Below, piece by piece: positions 1-9,197 of a stretch of DNA of 64,000 bases. The notes under the pieces are model-generated. The model saw only the letters and a list, made by a program, of their open reading frames with translations. It was not told where the DNA came from and made no database searches. This DNA comes from an uncultured bacterium (lineage in GTDB: Bacteria > Hydrogenedentota > Hydrogenedentia > Hydrogenedentales > JAEUWI01), in NCBI GenBank assembly GCA_963977445.1, contig CAXBPH010000002.1:15809-79808 (forward strand), written 5' to 3'. Numbering within the stretch: the first letter of the stretch is position 1; each line of letters begins with the position of its first letter. Made by a program: the position numbers and the translations under genes.

Positions 1-1
1 G

Positions 2-448
2 ACGGTAACCGCGAAAACGGATTTGGCGGGTTACTATAGTCTCAAGGGACTGCCCGAGGGAACCTACCAGGTACGGGCTCCCCACAACACAGACCGCGTG
101 TTGGTCGTAACAGACGATGCTACCGTTAACGTCGTTGCGGGCAAGCAAGTAGATGGACCAGCCTTTCGCGCGGAGTCCGGGGAAATATTGCGGGGCGAAG
201 TGAAAGACAGCGGCCGCAACTTGATTGGCGAGGCCAATGTGTATCTCCGCCAGAGTAGCTACCCCAGTGACGTGCGGGGCGTGACTACGGGAGAAGATGG
301 TAGCTTTGTGTTTCGGGGCGCGCACCGGGATGAGCAGGTCACCCTGTGGGCCGAAAAAATGGGGGCGGTTTCGGAGCCCTTCGGCCCGGCACAGGTCGGC
401 GATGGGGGCTTGCAGGGCATATTACTACCTCTGATGCCTGTGGAATAA
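2..448 (+). CDS. Carboxypeptidase-regulatory-like (beta-sandwich) repeat protein, C-terminal part (5' truncated by window)
   Basis: Frame open from base 2; repeats of type 'TDLAGYYSLKGLPEGTYQVRA' and 'GEVKDSGRNLIGEANV...TGEDGSFVFRG'. Confidence 0.7.
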   Translation, partial: TVTAKTDLAGYYSLKGLPEGTYQVRAPHNTDRVLVVTDDATVNVVAGKQVDGPAFRAESGEILRGEVKDSGRNLIGEANVYLRQSSYPSDVRGVTTGEDGSFVFRGAHRDEQVTLWAEKMGAVSEPFGPAQVGDGGLQGILLPLMPVE

Positions 449-478
449 TGCCCCGACAAGATAACTGACATTATAATG

Positions 479-1003
479 TCAGCACACTCCGCCGCACTCC
501 GACATGACTTCTACCAAATCATCATAGCCCATAAGAAGGGCCATCGCCATGGGGGTCAGTTTTCCGGTATAACTTTCCCGTTGATTGATCTCGGCCCCAT
601 GTTCAATCAAAAGTTCCGCCATATCGGTACGACCGTTTAAAGCGATCATGTGCAATGGTGTCAGGCCCTGACTGTTTTTTTCGTCCACGTTGGCCCCATC
701 GCTCAAGAGAGTTATGGCGGCTTCGATATCACCGTCTCGGGCAGCTTTGTGCAGGGGATTTTCATTTTCCGCACCGGGAGCGGCGTTGCTTTCCTGCGGG
801 TCGAGCATTTTGTAGACGGAATGGCTCATGCCCCAATAGGCGTCTTTTTCGCCTGCCGGTCGGGGTTCATGGGCATTACGCTCCATGGAGGCCCGATCCT
901 GACTCAGGAGCATTTCGGCCAATACTGTATAGCCGCTTTTGCGCGCACGCGTTGTCGGCGTTTCACCATGCTGGTCCATGGTGTACATCCAGGGATGATC
1001 CAT
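479..1003 (-). CDS. Ankyrin repeat protein
   Basis: Ankyrin motifs NPLHKAARDGD, GLTPLHMIALNG, TPMAMALLMG; start chosen at ATG 1003 after an AAGGAG RBS. Confidence 0.8.
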   Translation of the reverse strand: MDHPWMYTMDQHGETPTTRARKSGYTVLAEMLLSQDRASMERNAHEPRPAGEKDAYWGMSHSVYKMLDPQESNAAPGAENENPLHKAARDGDIEAAITLLSDGANVDEKNSQGLTPLHMIALNGRTDMAELLIEHGAEINQRESYTGKLTPMAMALLMGYDDLVEVMSECGGVC

Positions 1004-1738
1004 GTTGTCGTTGCTCCTTGTAATTACAATCTGGCAGTTTCGGGCGCTCTGCGAACCCATCCATGAGTACGCAATTACCGTGCCTCTTTTTCTTTGTGCC
1101 CATGTGTACAGAATTTATTGCATAAGGCACTCTTGCACAGGTGTTTACAGGATCGTCAACCCGTCAGAGCTCCGCAGGGCTCCGCCGAATTTCTGTCAAA
1201 TTATATCACGATCGCCAAATTATACTTACTTATGACTACATTTTGTCGTGGCCACTCACACCATTGGGCCGAGCAAATTCTAACCATTGTTCCTGTGACT
1301 GTCAATGTTTTATTTTGCGCCCACGGACTTCAGGAACCACGTCCATTAAAATCCGTGCTACTTTCAACGAAGGGGCACCGTCTATGCTGGGTTGTGATGT
1401 GCTGCATCTACTAGTATATTCTCCAAGCCATGTTATTTCATTCACCCGGTGCCGGTGAGTTCCTTGACACAGCAACGTGCTGAATGACGATGAATAGCGT
1501 GCTCGCTTGGCCCACGGTGATACCTGCGCGTCCAATCGGGCGAGGTGGAAAGCGATTCGAAACTCCTTGTCACGAGATTGTCGGAAACCGCTACTATTTC
1601 ATCCTTAGGTATTCAACTTTTGTCAGTATATAAGCTATACTGTCAACAATAAGGTTCAAGAGTCAGCAGGGAGTGGGCGTACACTTGGTACACCTTCCCA
1701 GACTGGCGGGAACGACGGGAGTCACAAGGACGATGTCA

Positions 1739-3058
1739 ATGAAAAAACGTGTTGGAAAACTGCTGCTCAAAGCAGGCTTGATAAATGAGGGGCAACTTGA
1801 GGCCGCGTTGGAGATTCAGCAGGATACCGGAGCGGAATTGATTGATATCCTTTTTTCCCTGGGTGCCGTTGAACCCAATGCGTTTATGGACTTTATCTTG
1901 ACGTACCCGGGCGTCTTGTCATCGGATATACGGGATCTGGAACTCGATGACGATCTTATTTCACGGGTGCCGGCCACCATGGCGCGTGAACTGGGCGTCG
2001 TGCCGGTGGATCTGATTGGCGAGCAATTGACGCTCGCTGCGAAACTTCCGCTGACCGAGGATAGTGAGTCTCGCCTGAAGACAGAAACGGGCCTCACGTT
2101 GAAGATACTTCTTTGTGCGCCGGAAGATATCGATGGTGCACTTAACCGCTACTATTCTGAATCGGACACCCACGGGGGCAACGGTGATTCGCCAACGTCA
2201 CTGCAGGGGCTGGTGCAGCCAATTCGCCTGTCTCACATGGCCCACCTGATTCGAGGTATCAAGTCCCTTCCGGCCTTGCCCGAGACGGTTCACCGGGTTC
2301 GTGAAGCCATGTTGTCGCCGGATAGCTCCGTGGCATCGGTGACCGACATTATCACGTTGGATCCGCCGGTGGCCGGTAAGGTCCTGAGTGTGGCCAACTC
2401 GGCTGCCTATGGGTTTACCCATAAGATTACCGATTTGAACCTCGCTGTATCGCTGATGGGCTTGAAAGAGACCTATGCCATCGTGCTGTCGGCCACCGTG
2501 GTGGATTTGGTCAGTCAGTTGGAAGAATTCGACTATCGGGCCTTCTGGCTCGAATCCGTTTGTTCTGCGTGTGCGGCGCGTATCGTCGCCAAAGTAAGTG
2601 ATCGTCGCCAATTGCCCGGTGTATTTACCGCTGGGCTACTCCACGATATCGGCCGGGCGGCGTTGTGGGAAGTTGCCGCAGAAAAATGCAAGAAGATCGA
2701 CAACACCTTTACGGGCGAGGCACTCCTCGAAGCAGAACGCAGCCTGGTAGGGCTCACCCACGTGGAAGCGGGCTATGAGCTCGCGCTGCACTGGGAGTTG
2801 CCCAACGAAATTGCCCAGGCAATTCGCTTTCACCACCATCCTGCACTGGCGACCGAATCCCGCGATCACGTCGCCATTGTGGCCCTCGCCGATGTGATGG
2901 TGCAGGTGTCCGGCACGCAGCTTGAGGATAATCCCGACATCTTTGTGCCCCACATGGATACGCTGGCCATACTCGGGCTTGATATTGAGAATGCAGAGGC
3001 GATGCTCGAAGAATACCTGACGCGCCATGAAGCGGCCGTACAGGACACCTTCGGTTGA
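1739..3058 (+). CDS. MshEN/GspE-N-terminal domain + HDOD domain protein
   Basis: N-term RVGKLLLKAGLINEGQLEAALEIQ (MshEN-like); C-term LPALP...DPPVAGKVLSVANSAAYG...AGLLHDIGR...HVEAGYELALHWELP...IRFHH (HDOD); start uncertain (1733/1739). Confidence 0.85.
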   Translation: MKKRVGKLLLKAGLINEGQLEAALEIQQDTGAELIDILFSLGAVEPNAFMDFILTYPGVLSSDIRDLELDDDLISRVPATMARELGVVPVDLIGEQLTLAAKLPLTEDSESRLKTETGLTLKILLCAPEDIDGALNRYYSESDTHGGNGDSPTSLQGLVQPIRLSHMAHLIRGIKSLPALPETVHRVREAMLSPDSSVASVTDIITLDPPVAGKVLSVANSAAYGFTHKITDLNLAVSLMGLKETYAIVLSATVVDLVSQLEEFDYRAFWLESVCSACAARIVAKVSDRRQLPGVFTAGLLHDIGRAALWEVAAEKCKKIDNTFTGEALLEAERSLVGLTHVEAGYELALHWELPNEIAQAIRFHHHPALATESRDHVAIVALADVMVQVSGTQLEDNPDIFVPHMDTLAILGLDIENAEAMLEEYLTRHEAAVQDTFG

Positions 3059-3131
3059 GCCAGGACAGCTGAGACAACACCCGTATTTCGATTTGTTTCC
3101 CAACAGAATAGTCAGCGCGATCTAAGGTTTT

Positions 3132-3539
3132 ATGAGTAACAATCCAAAGAAGATATATTTGTGCGGGCCCATCATGGACTGTACCGGCAATGAAAGTGTG
3201 GAATGGCGCAGCACGGCGAAAGAGCGCCTCTCCGGTAAGTTTGTCGTTCTCGATCCTATGCGACGTAACTTTCGGGATCGGGAGATCGACAGTGCCAACG
3301 AGATTGTAGATTTTGATCTGCAAGACGTTCGTGATGCCGACATACTCCTCGTGAACTACTCCAAGACGTCCATTGGGACGTCTATGGAAGTCTTTTACGC
3401 ATCCCACGACCTGGGCAAATTCGTTATCGCCTTCAGCCCCTATACCTACCAGGACATGTCGCCGTGGATGGTGAAACATTGCACGAAAATTTTGCCCACC
3501 CTTGAAGAAGCCCTCGCCTATATTGACCGTCATTTCTGA
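3132..3539 (+). CDS. Nucleoside 2-deoxyribosyltransferase-like protein
   Basis: KIYLCGP, D-x6-D (DLQDVRDAD) and SIGTSMEV motifs of the NDT/Rcl fold. Confidence 0.75.
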   Translation: MSNNPKKIYLCGPIMDCTGNESVEWRSTAKERLSGKFVVLDPMRRNFRDREIDSANEIVDFDLQDVRDADILLVNYSKTSIGTSMEVFYASHDLGKFVIAFSPYTYQDMSPWMVKHCTKILPTLEEALAYIDRHF

Positions 3540-3562
3540 TCTTGGTCACCGTCCGATGGGGG

Positions 3563-5374
3563 TTAGAAGGTAGGCGTTTTCCGCAATGCTTCTTCGATGA
3601 CCTCTGCCATGGTTGCGATCAAATAGGGTTTCAGCAGAAATCCAGAGGGGCTCAGGTGGGGGGCGGTCGGCTCGGAGATGGCGTGGTCAAAATCGCCGCT
3701 GGAGAGGATGACCGGTAGAGCGGGATTTATTTTTCGCAGGCAGGCCAATGTTTCGTGTCCGCTCATACCCGTCATGTTGACATCGATGACCGCGAGAATA
3801 ATGTCGTCGGAAGCGTGCTCATAGGCCGCCACGGCCGACGTCCCACATGCTGCAGTTACCGAGGCGTATCCAAGTTTCTTCAACATGGCGGCACCCAGAC
3901 TGCGTAGCAGGGGCTCGTCGTCTACCAACAGGATCATCGGGTTTTCTGGCTTTTTTGCCGTAGCCGTCACACCTGAAAAATCATTTCCGACGAAATCCGA
4001 CGGGAGGGGTAGGTAGAGGTTTACGGTCGTGCCATTTCCGGGCTCACTTTCAATATCGGTCCAACCATCATGCTGTTGAGCAATGTGGAATGCCGTAGTC
4101 AGACCGAGCCCCGTGCCGCCTGATTTGGTGGTGAAAAAAGGATTGTTGGCTTGCGCGGCCACCTCGGGAGACATGCCCATGCCGCTATCAGAAACAAATG
4201 CGCGAAGAAATGCACGTTCTCCGGGCTCCCCCCAAGGGCCGGGTTGCTCGTGAGCAATACGAACGACTTCGGCACCGATTCTGACCCAATTCTTTTTATG
4301 CGGGGTGGTATTATTCTGATGGAGTGCGTCCAGCGCATTCATACACAGGTTTAAGAAAAGTTGGTGGAGCCGCGCGCCATCGCCCTGTATGGCAGGAAGA
4401 TCATGGGGGACCTGGACGGATATGTCCAGGCCTGCTTCATGTTGATTGCGCAGCATGGTGCGCACCTCGTGAAAGACTTCTTTCAACGTGACCAGACCGT
4501 TGCATCGCGGGGTGGTCGCTGCACGGGCAAAGGTGGTAATGCGCTCGACGATGGCCGCGCTTTCGATGCTGGACCGTCGTGCTTCAGAAATCAGATCGCG
4601 TGATGTTTCCAGCGGATTTTGCAAGAGGGCGCGGTCCAGCGTGCCCACAATCTGATTGAGATGATCTCCGAGCTCCGCGGCCATTCCCCGGGCCATTTCA
4701 CCAATCGCATGGAGTCGCTCGACATGGAGATACAGCGGGTGTTCGTGATGGTTGGAAGCGTCACGGTGCGCGCCCGCTGCAGAGGGTGATATAGAATTGG
4801 CCTGGGCCGCGGCAATCAATGCGCTCGCACGCTGTGCCAGCAACCAACCGCACTGCTCCCGGTCGGGGGAGAAATAGCCGGGGCTACTGTGACTCAGGTT
4901 CAGAACGCCAAGGAGTTCATCATTTGCGATGAGAGGGTAACAAAGCAGTGACCGTATGTTGACGGGGCTGTCCGGAATGAAGAGGAAATCCGGGTTGCAC
5001 TCGGTATCATCCACACGCACGTGACGCCGCCGCGCAGCAACCTTTCCCGCGATGCCTTCGTCCAAGGCAAATTGTTTTCCCTGCCACGCGTCGAGGGGAA
5101 GAGAATAGCCTTGATGGGCGTAGCGTGTGCCAATGGCTCGCAAGACCAGTCGCCCCGTGTGGGCATTGAAAAACATTACAGAGCACTGCTCGGCACCATC
5201 TTCACGGGCAATTGAACCCACCAATCGCGCACAGATATCTTCCGGGAGCGTGCAGGTTGGGTCGAGCCCTTCCAATTGGCGGAGTATGCCCAAGTCCCGG
5301 ATAAGCGCCTCGTAGCGGGCTGCCAACTCCACGGAAGCTGCGTCGCGACCGCTGTCTTGCGTTGTGTCCTTCAT
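3563..5374 (-). CDS. GAF-domain hybrid histidine kinase/response regulator with degenerate H-box
   Basis: GAF (GEGIAG-like DEGIAGKV, SLLCYPL, LGVLNL); N box QLFLNLCMNA; G1 DSGMGM; F PFFTTK; G2 GTGLGL; receiver LLVDDE...IDVNM...KPY. Confidence 0.85.
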   Translation of the reverse strand: MKDTTQDSGRDAASVELAARYEALIRDLGILRQLEGLDPTCTLPEDICARLVGSIAREDGAEQCSVMFFNAHTGRLVLRAIGTRYAHQGYSLPLDAWQGKQFALDEGIAGKVAARRRHVRVDDTECNPDFLFIPDSPVNIRSLLCYPLIANDELLGVLNLSHSSPGYFSPDREQCGWLLAQRASALIAAAQANSISPSAAGAHRDASNHHEHPLYLHVERLHAIGEMARGMAAELGDHLNQIVGTLDRALLQNPLETSRDLISEARRSSIESAAIVERITTFARAATTPRCNGLVTLKEVFHEVRTMLRNQHEAGLDISVQVPHDLPAIQGDGARLHQLFLNLCMNALDALHQNNTTPHKKNWVRIGAEVVRIAHEQPGPWGEPGERAFLRAFVSDSGMGMSPEVAAQANNPFFTTKSGGTGLGLTTAFHIAQQHDGWTDIESEPGNGTTVNLYLPLPSDFVGNDFSGVTATAKKPENPMILLVDDEPLLRSLGAAMLKKLGYASVTAACGTSAVAAYEHASDDIILAVIDVNMTGMSGHETLACLRKINPALPVILSSGDFDHAISEPTAPHLSPSGFLLKPYLIATMAEVIEEALRKTPTF

Positions 5375-5395
5375 CGAATGACCTGACTACCCATT

Positions 5396-6268
5396 CTACG
5401 CCTCCCGAAGCATGCCGAGGAGGGCCTGACCATCTTCTTTCATCAACGCGAGGGTGTCGCAGATTTCTGCGACCTGGCCCAATTCCAGGCCCAACGACAT
5501 CACCCGACCTTCATTGAGCGAAATACCCGTCGTGTCTCCACCCTGACCAAAATCTGCAATACGAGCCATATCACTGGCCAGCGACACAATCAGGACTTCC
5601 TTGCGATAGGAGCCGTCGTGACGCTCAGGTTCATTGGCGTGGCGAACGGAAGCAACAATAATTTCGGGGAAGCTCCAGCGTTGGGCGAGCCAACCGCCGA
5701 CCTCGTTATGGTCCGTCTGGAGCATGCGTTGCTCCATTACCGCCAGCGGGACACCTTCTGCGATTGCCGCATCAACCACGACGTCATATTCCTGCTGCAG
5801 CGTCAGTGCCAGCACAAATTTTCCCAGATCGTGAAGGAGGCCACCGGTAAAGCAGGCTTCAGGCATGGCAATCTGCCGCGTACTGAAGGCGAGTAATTGT
5901 GCCGCCTTTGCGCTTCCCAGTGCATGCATCCAGAAGTCATCGGGATCAAAACTCGATTGTTTTTTACTGGCGAGACTGTCGAGGACGCAGGTGGCCAGCG
6001 CCAGTTGTTTGACCGCCTCAAAACCTACCGTGACAATCGCCCGATGAATACTATCGACTTCAAAACGAGAACCAAAGAACGGGGAATTGGCCAGTCGAAG
6101 AACCCGGGCAGAGATGATGGGATCGGCAGAAAGAATATTGGTGATATCTTCTGCACACGATGCTTCGTCTTCCAGGGTTTCCAGGATGCGCCCCATTACC
6201 GCAGGTAACGTTGGCAATCCGTCAAGTGATTGAATTCGCTTCAATGCCTTGCTCTGGCTAAGCGTCAT
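5396..6268 (-). CDS. HDOD domain protein
   Basis: LPTLP, DPIISARVLRLANSPFFG, FWMHA, GLLHDLGK, HNEVGGWLAQRW. Confidence 0.9.
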   Translation of the reverse strand: MTLSQSKALKRIQSLDGLPTLPAVMGRILETLEDEASCAEDITNILSADPIISARVLRLANSPFFGSRFEVDSIHRAIVTVGFEAVKQLALATCVLDSLASKKQSSFDPDDFWMHALGSAKAAQLLAFSTRQIAMPEACFTGGLLHDLGKFVLALTLQQEYDVVVDAAIAEGVPLAVMEQRMLQTDHNEVGGWLAQRWSFPEIIVASVRHANEPERHDGSYRKEVLIVSLASDMARIADFGQGGDTTGISLNEGRVMSLGLELGQVAEICDTLALMKEDGQALLGMLREA

Positions 6269-6401
6269 GAAGTACTCCCGCCCTACCAGCGTCACGCTGG
6301 CCGCCTGATCTGTCTCACAATAAATCCCATGTGACCTGATATGCGAGAACTACTTGAAGTATACAACAAAACTTTAAAGACGGCCAATGATTTCTACATA
6401 C

Positions 6402-6423
6402 TTTGTACACAATAGTGTACAAA
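6402..6423. promoter_or_regulatory. Perfect AT-rich palindrome, putative operator upstream of the HDOD-kinase operon
   Basis: TTTGTACAC-AATA-GTGTACAAA. Confidence 0.4.
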
Positions 6424-6580
6424 AACCATGTCGATAGGAGAGTTTGTCGGATTGGAGTCGGGCCGAGCCTCCTTTGTCAGTCATTGCCCATTCAATTAAT
6501 CGATATTAGAGAAATAGGCTTCGAATCGGACGGTGCGAGTCCCGGAATGGGAATGGGAATGCGCAGACGAAGGACAAGGC

Positions 6581-7111
6581 TCAGGAAGTGGTGCGGCTAT
6601 CGTAGACGGCGAGGAGTTCGCGATGAACGCTGAAGGGCATGGGCGGGCGAGACAGCTTCGGAAAGAAGCGGACTTCCATGGCATCCGTATCGGGTCGCAT
6701 GTCCTCTTCACCGCTCCAGTCACTTATGATGAAGCCCAAGACCATGACGGCGCCCACGTTGGGACTCTGCTTGGTACTGACACCGAGCAATTCGGCACAG
6801 GTGGCGCGCAGGTTCGTTTCTTCGTGGAGTTCACGCAGTGCCGCCTCTTCCGCCGTCTCCCCCAATTCGATAAAACCACCCGGCAGCGTCCACTCCCCTT
6901 TGCAAGGCTCCACGGCCCGACGGGTGAAAAGTAACTCATCGTTAGCGCGGGCCACGAAACAGCACGCCGCCGGGACGGGATTGCGATAGAAATATCGGGC
7001 ACACGGCGGACAATGGGGTTGGACACTCTGCCCATCGTGACTGGGTACAAGTGCGGTTCCGCAGGTGCTGCAAAAATTCCATGCGAAGGGTTTTGGCGTG
7101 ATGTAGGTCAT
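6581..7111 (-). CDS. NUDIX hydrolase with N-terminal zinc ribbon
   Basis: FCSTCG...CPPC; Nudix box GGFIELGETAEEAALRELHEETNL. Confidence 0.9.
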   Translation of the reverse strand: MTYITPKPFAWNFCSTCGTALVPSHDGQSVQPHCPPCARYFYRNPVPAACCFVARANDELLFTRRAVEPCKGEWTLPGGFIELGETAEEAALRELHEETNLRATCAELLGVSTKQSPNVGAVMVLGFIISDWSGEEDMRPDTDAMEVRFFPKLSRPPMPFSVHRELLAVYDSRTTS

Positions 7112-7271
7112 AGCGTCATGCTATCAGGATAGACAAAAACACGCAAATTCCTGCCTTGTCCGTGCTTGGCATCCGTTGGGTTTTCTTGTATTATTGTAGT
7201 ACTTTCAGACTACGGCATAAGTTGGGAAACGCCCCCTTTTGGGAAGAGGACCGTGATTCGGGAGAGAGCTA

Positions 7272-8186
7272 TTGGAGGCCAGAGAAAGTAGACGGCGTTT
7301 TGAGGAGGCGGATATGCTATTTCGGTCGGCGCGCTATGAAGAAGCATTGGTTGTGCTGCGTGACCTGAACAGGACGTATCCGAATGCGAAGAATGTCTTG
7401 TTTCCCATGGCGATGTGTCTGGAGCAACTCCAGCGCGGTCAGGAGGCGCTCCCGCTGTGTGAATTGCTGTGGGCTCGTTTTCAGGACCATCGTGCATTGG
7501 AAATGCAGCTCCGCTTGCGGCCTTCGCAGACGGATCTGTCGTTAGAGACGATCGACTTTCACAGGAACTATGCCCTGCCCGACTTGGGGTCGTTCCAGAC
7601 CATAGCGGTGCCATCGCAAGAAGAAGAGAAGATTCCCCCGTGGAAAATTGCGGTCATTTCGATTGCAGGCCTGGTCGCCGTTCTGCTGTTGCTCTTTCTT
7701 CCGTTCTTGCTACAGGGCTCCGGTGTCGAGCCGGGTGCGGAGGTTTCAGACGGCCCGACCACCGATCCGGCATGGACGTTGATGGAAGCCGGTTTCTTTC
7801 TGATTGGTCTGGTGTTGTTTCAATGGATGGGAACTGCCGTGGCCTCCATCGCGCTGGGCACGGTGAAGAAACTGCCGGAAAACACCATATCCGGCGTGCT
7901 ATTTCATGTGGGTATGACCCTGTTCGCAGCCAACTGTATTTCAGCGATCCTGACGCTACTCCTCGTGGCGTGCGCACCGCTCTATCTCCTGGCCACATCG
8001 TTTGTGGTTGAGCATGTGGTGATGCTGATCGTGTTTTCCTACACCTACCGATTCTCCATCGGCGATAGCATTGTTTTCTTTGGATTTTTCTTCATTTTTA
8101 TGTGCGTAACGGCATTTGTACTCACGCTATTCCTGGGGACTGGAGCCGGGTTCGTCGCGCTGCTGTTTGCTGTGGCTTTGGGGTGA
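7272..8186 (+). CDS. TPR-containing multi-pass membrane protein (paralog 1)
   Basis: N-terminal TPR-like helices plus several hydrophobic segments; TTG start. Confidence 0.65.
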   Translation: MEARESRRRFEEADMLFRSARYEEALVVLRDLNRTYPNAKNVLFPMAMCLEQLQRGQEALPLCELLWARFQDHRALEMQLRLRPSQTDLSLETIDFHRNYALPDLGSFQTIAVPSQEEEKIPPWKIAVISIAGLVAVLLLLFLPFLLQGSGVEPGAEVSDGPTTDPAWTLMEAGFFLIGLVLFQWMGTAVASIALGTVKKLPENTISGVLFHVGMTLFAANCISAILTLLLVACAPLYLLATSFVVEHVVMLIVFSYTYRFSIGDSIVFFGFFFIFMCVTAFVLTLFLGTGAGFVALLFAVALG

Positions 8187-8269
8187 AAAGCGCCCCGGAG
8201 AATTAAGAGCGTAACGAATAGGACGATCAGCGTGGTCAGACGCTGAAGGGAAGAAGGGAGGGACGTAGC

Positions 8270-9169
8270 ATGGATACGGCTACAAGTCGAGAGAAGTTCA
8301 AAGAGGCCGATGCCTTGTTTCGCGCCGGTGATTACCAACCGGCACTGACGGTTCTGGAAGCATTGAATCGGTATCACCCGAATCAGAAAAACATACTTTA
8401 CCCGGCCGCCATGTGCCTCGATAAACTCGGGCGTTCTAAGGAGGCCCTGCCTATCTGCACCCAACTCATTCAAAGCTTCCAAGACCCCCGGGCCAGCGCG
8501 TTGAAGTTGGAAATAGAAAATCGTTCTCAGGAATCAGGAAGCACTTCCGGTGGTGTCCTTTCTGGACTGGAGATGGAGAGTTTGATGGGGCCGGACATCC
8601 TGGACATGCCAACCACCAACGTGCCCTACGCGCCGGTAGAGCCCGAAGAGGTTCCCTGGCTCAAGTATGGACTCATCGCATTGGCTGTTGTTGTTGCGCT
8701 CGTCATTTTTTTTGTTCCGCTCATGACGTATGAACCGCCGCCTCCCGGTAGCGAACCTGAAGTGGTGGCTCAGGCACCCCAAGCAGCAACACCCCAGGCA
8801 GCGACAGACGTGCCGGTGGATACGACGATGATTTGGGTCGGTTGGGCGGCCTGTTTTTTGACCGCTGTTTCCTTTCAGGTCGCCGGCGTCTATCTCGCCT
8901 TGATGTTAATGCGATCATTGCCCTTCGAAGACGCGCCCAGCAATTTGTTCAATGTGGGCTTGACCATTTTTTTTATCAGCCTCATCGAGCTGTCCCGCTA
9001 TGCCATTGTCCTGGTGCCCTTCTACTTCAGTCGGGCCTATGATCTGGGCATTGGCGGTGTCCTATTCGTTTATGTACTCCGCATAATATTTGGCGCGATT
9101 GGCCTCGTGCTGGGTATCGCTATATTTATTGGAAGCATCGCATCAGTATTCGGTAGTGCGACGTTTTGA
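8270..9169 (+). CDS. TPR-containing multi-pass membrane protein (paralog 2)
   Basis: N-terminus aligns with the 7272 ORF (EADxLFR...LNRxxPNxKNxLxPxAMCL...EALPxC). Confidence 0.7.
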   Translation: MDTATSREKFKEADALFRAGDYQPALTVLEALNRYHPNQKNILYPAAMCLDKLGRSKEALPICTQLIQSFQDPRASALKLEIENRSQESGSTSGGVLSGLEMESLMGPDILDMPTTNVPYAPVEPEEVPWLKYGLIALAVVVALVIFFVPLMTYEPPPPGSEPEVVAQAPQAATPQAATDVPVDTTMIWVGWAACFLTAVSFQVAGVYLALMLMRSLPFEDAPSNLFNVGLTIFFISLIELSRYAIVLVPFYFSRAYDLGIGGVLFVYVLRIIFGAIGLVLGIAIFIGSIASVFGSATF

Positions 9170-9197
9170 GGCCCATTGAACGGTCGGGCGTCGTGAT

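Noticed and set aside
1061..1670. ORFs or ncRNA in the AT-rich gap between the ankyrin and MshEN-HDOD genes
   Set aside because: Overlapping short ORFs lack motifs or a clear RBS; no riboswitch consensus recognised.
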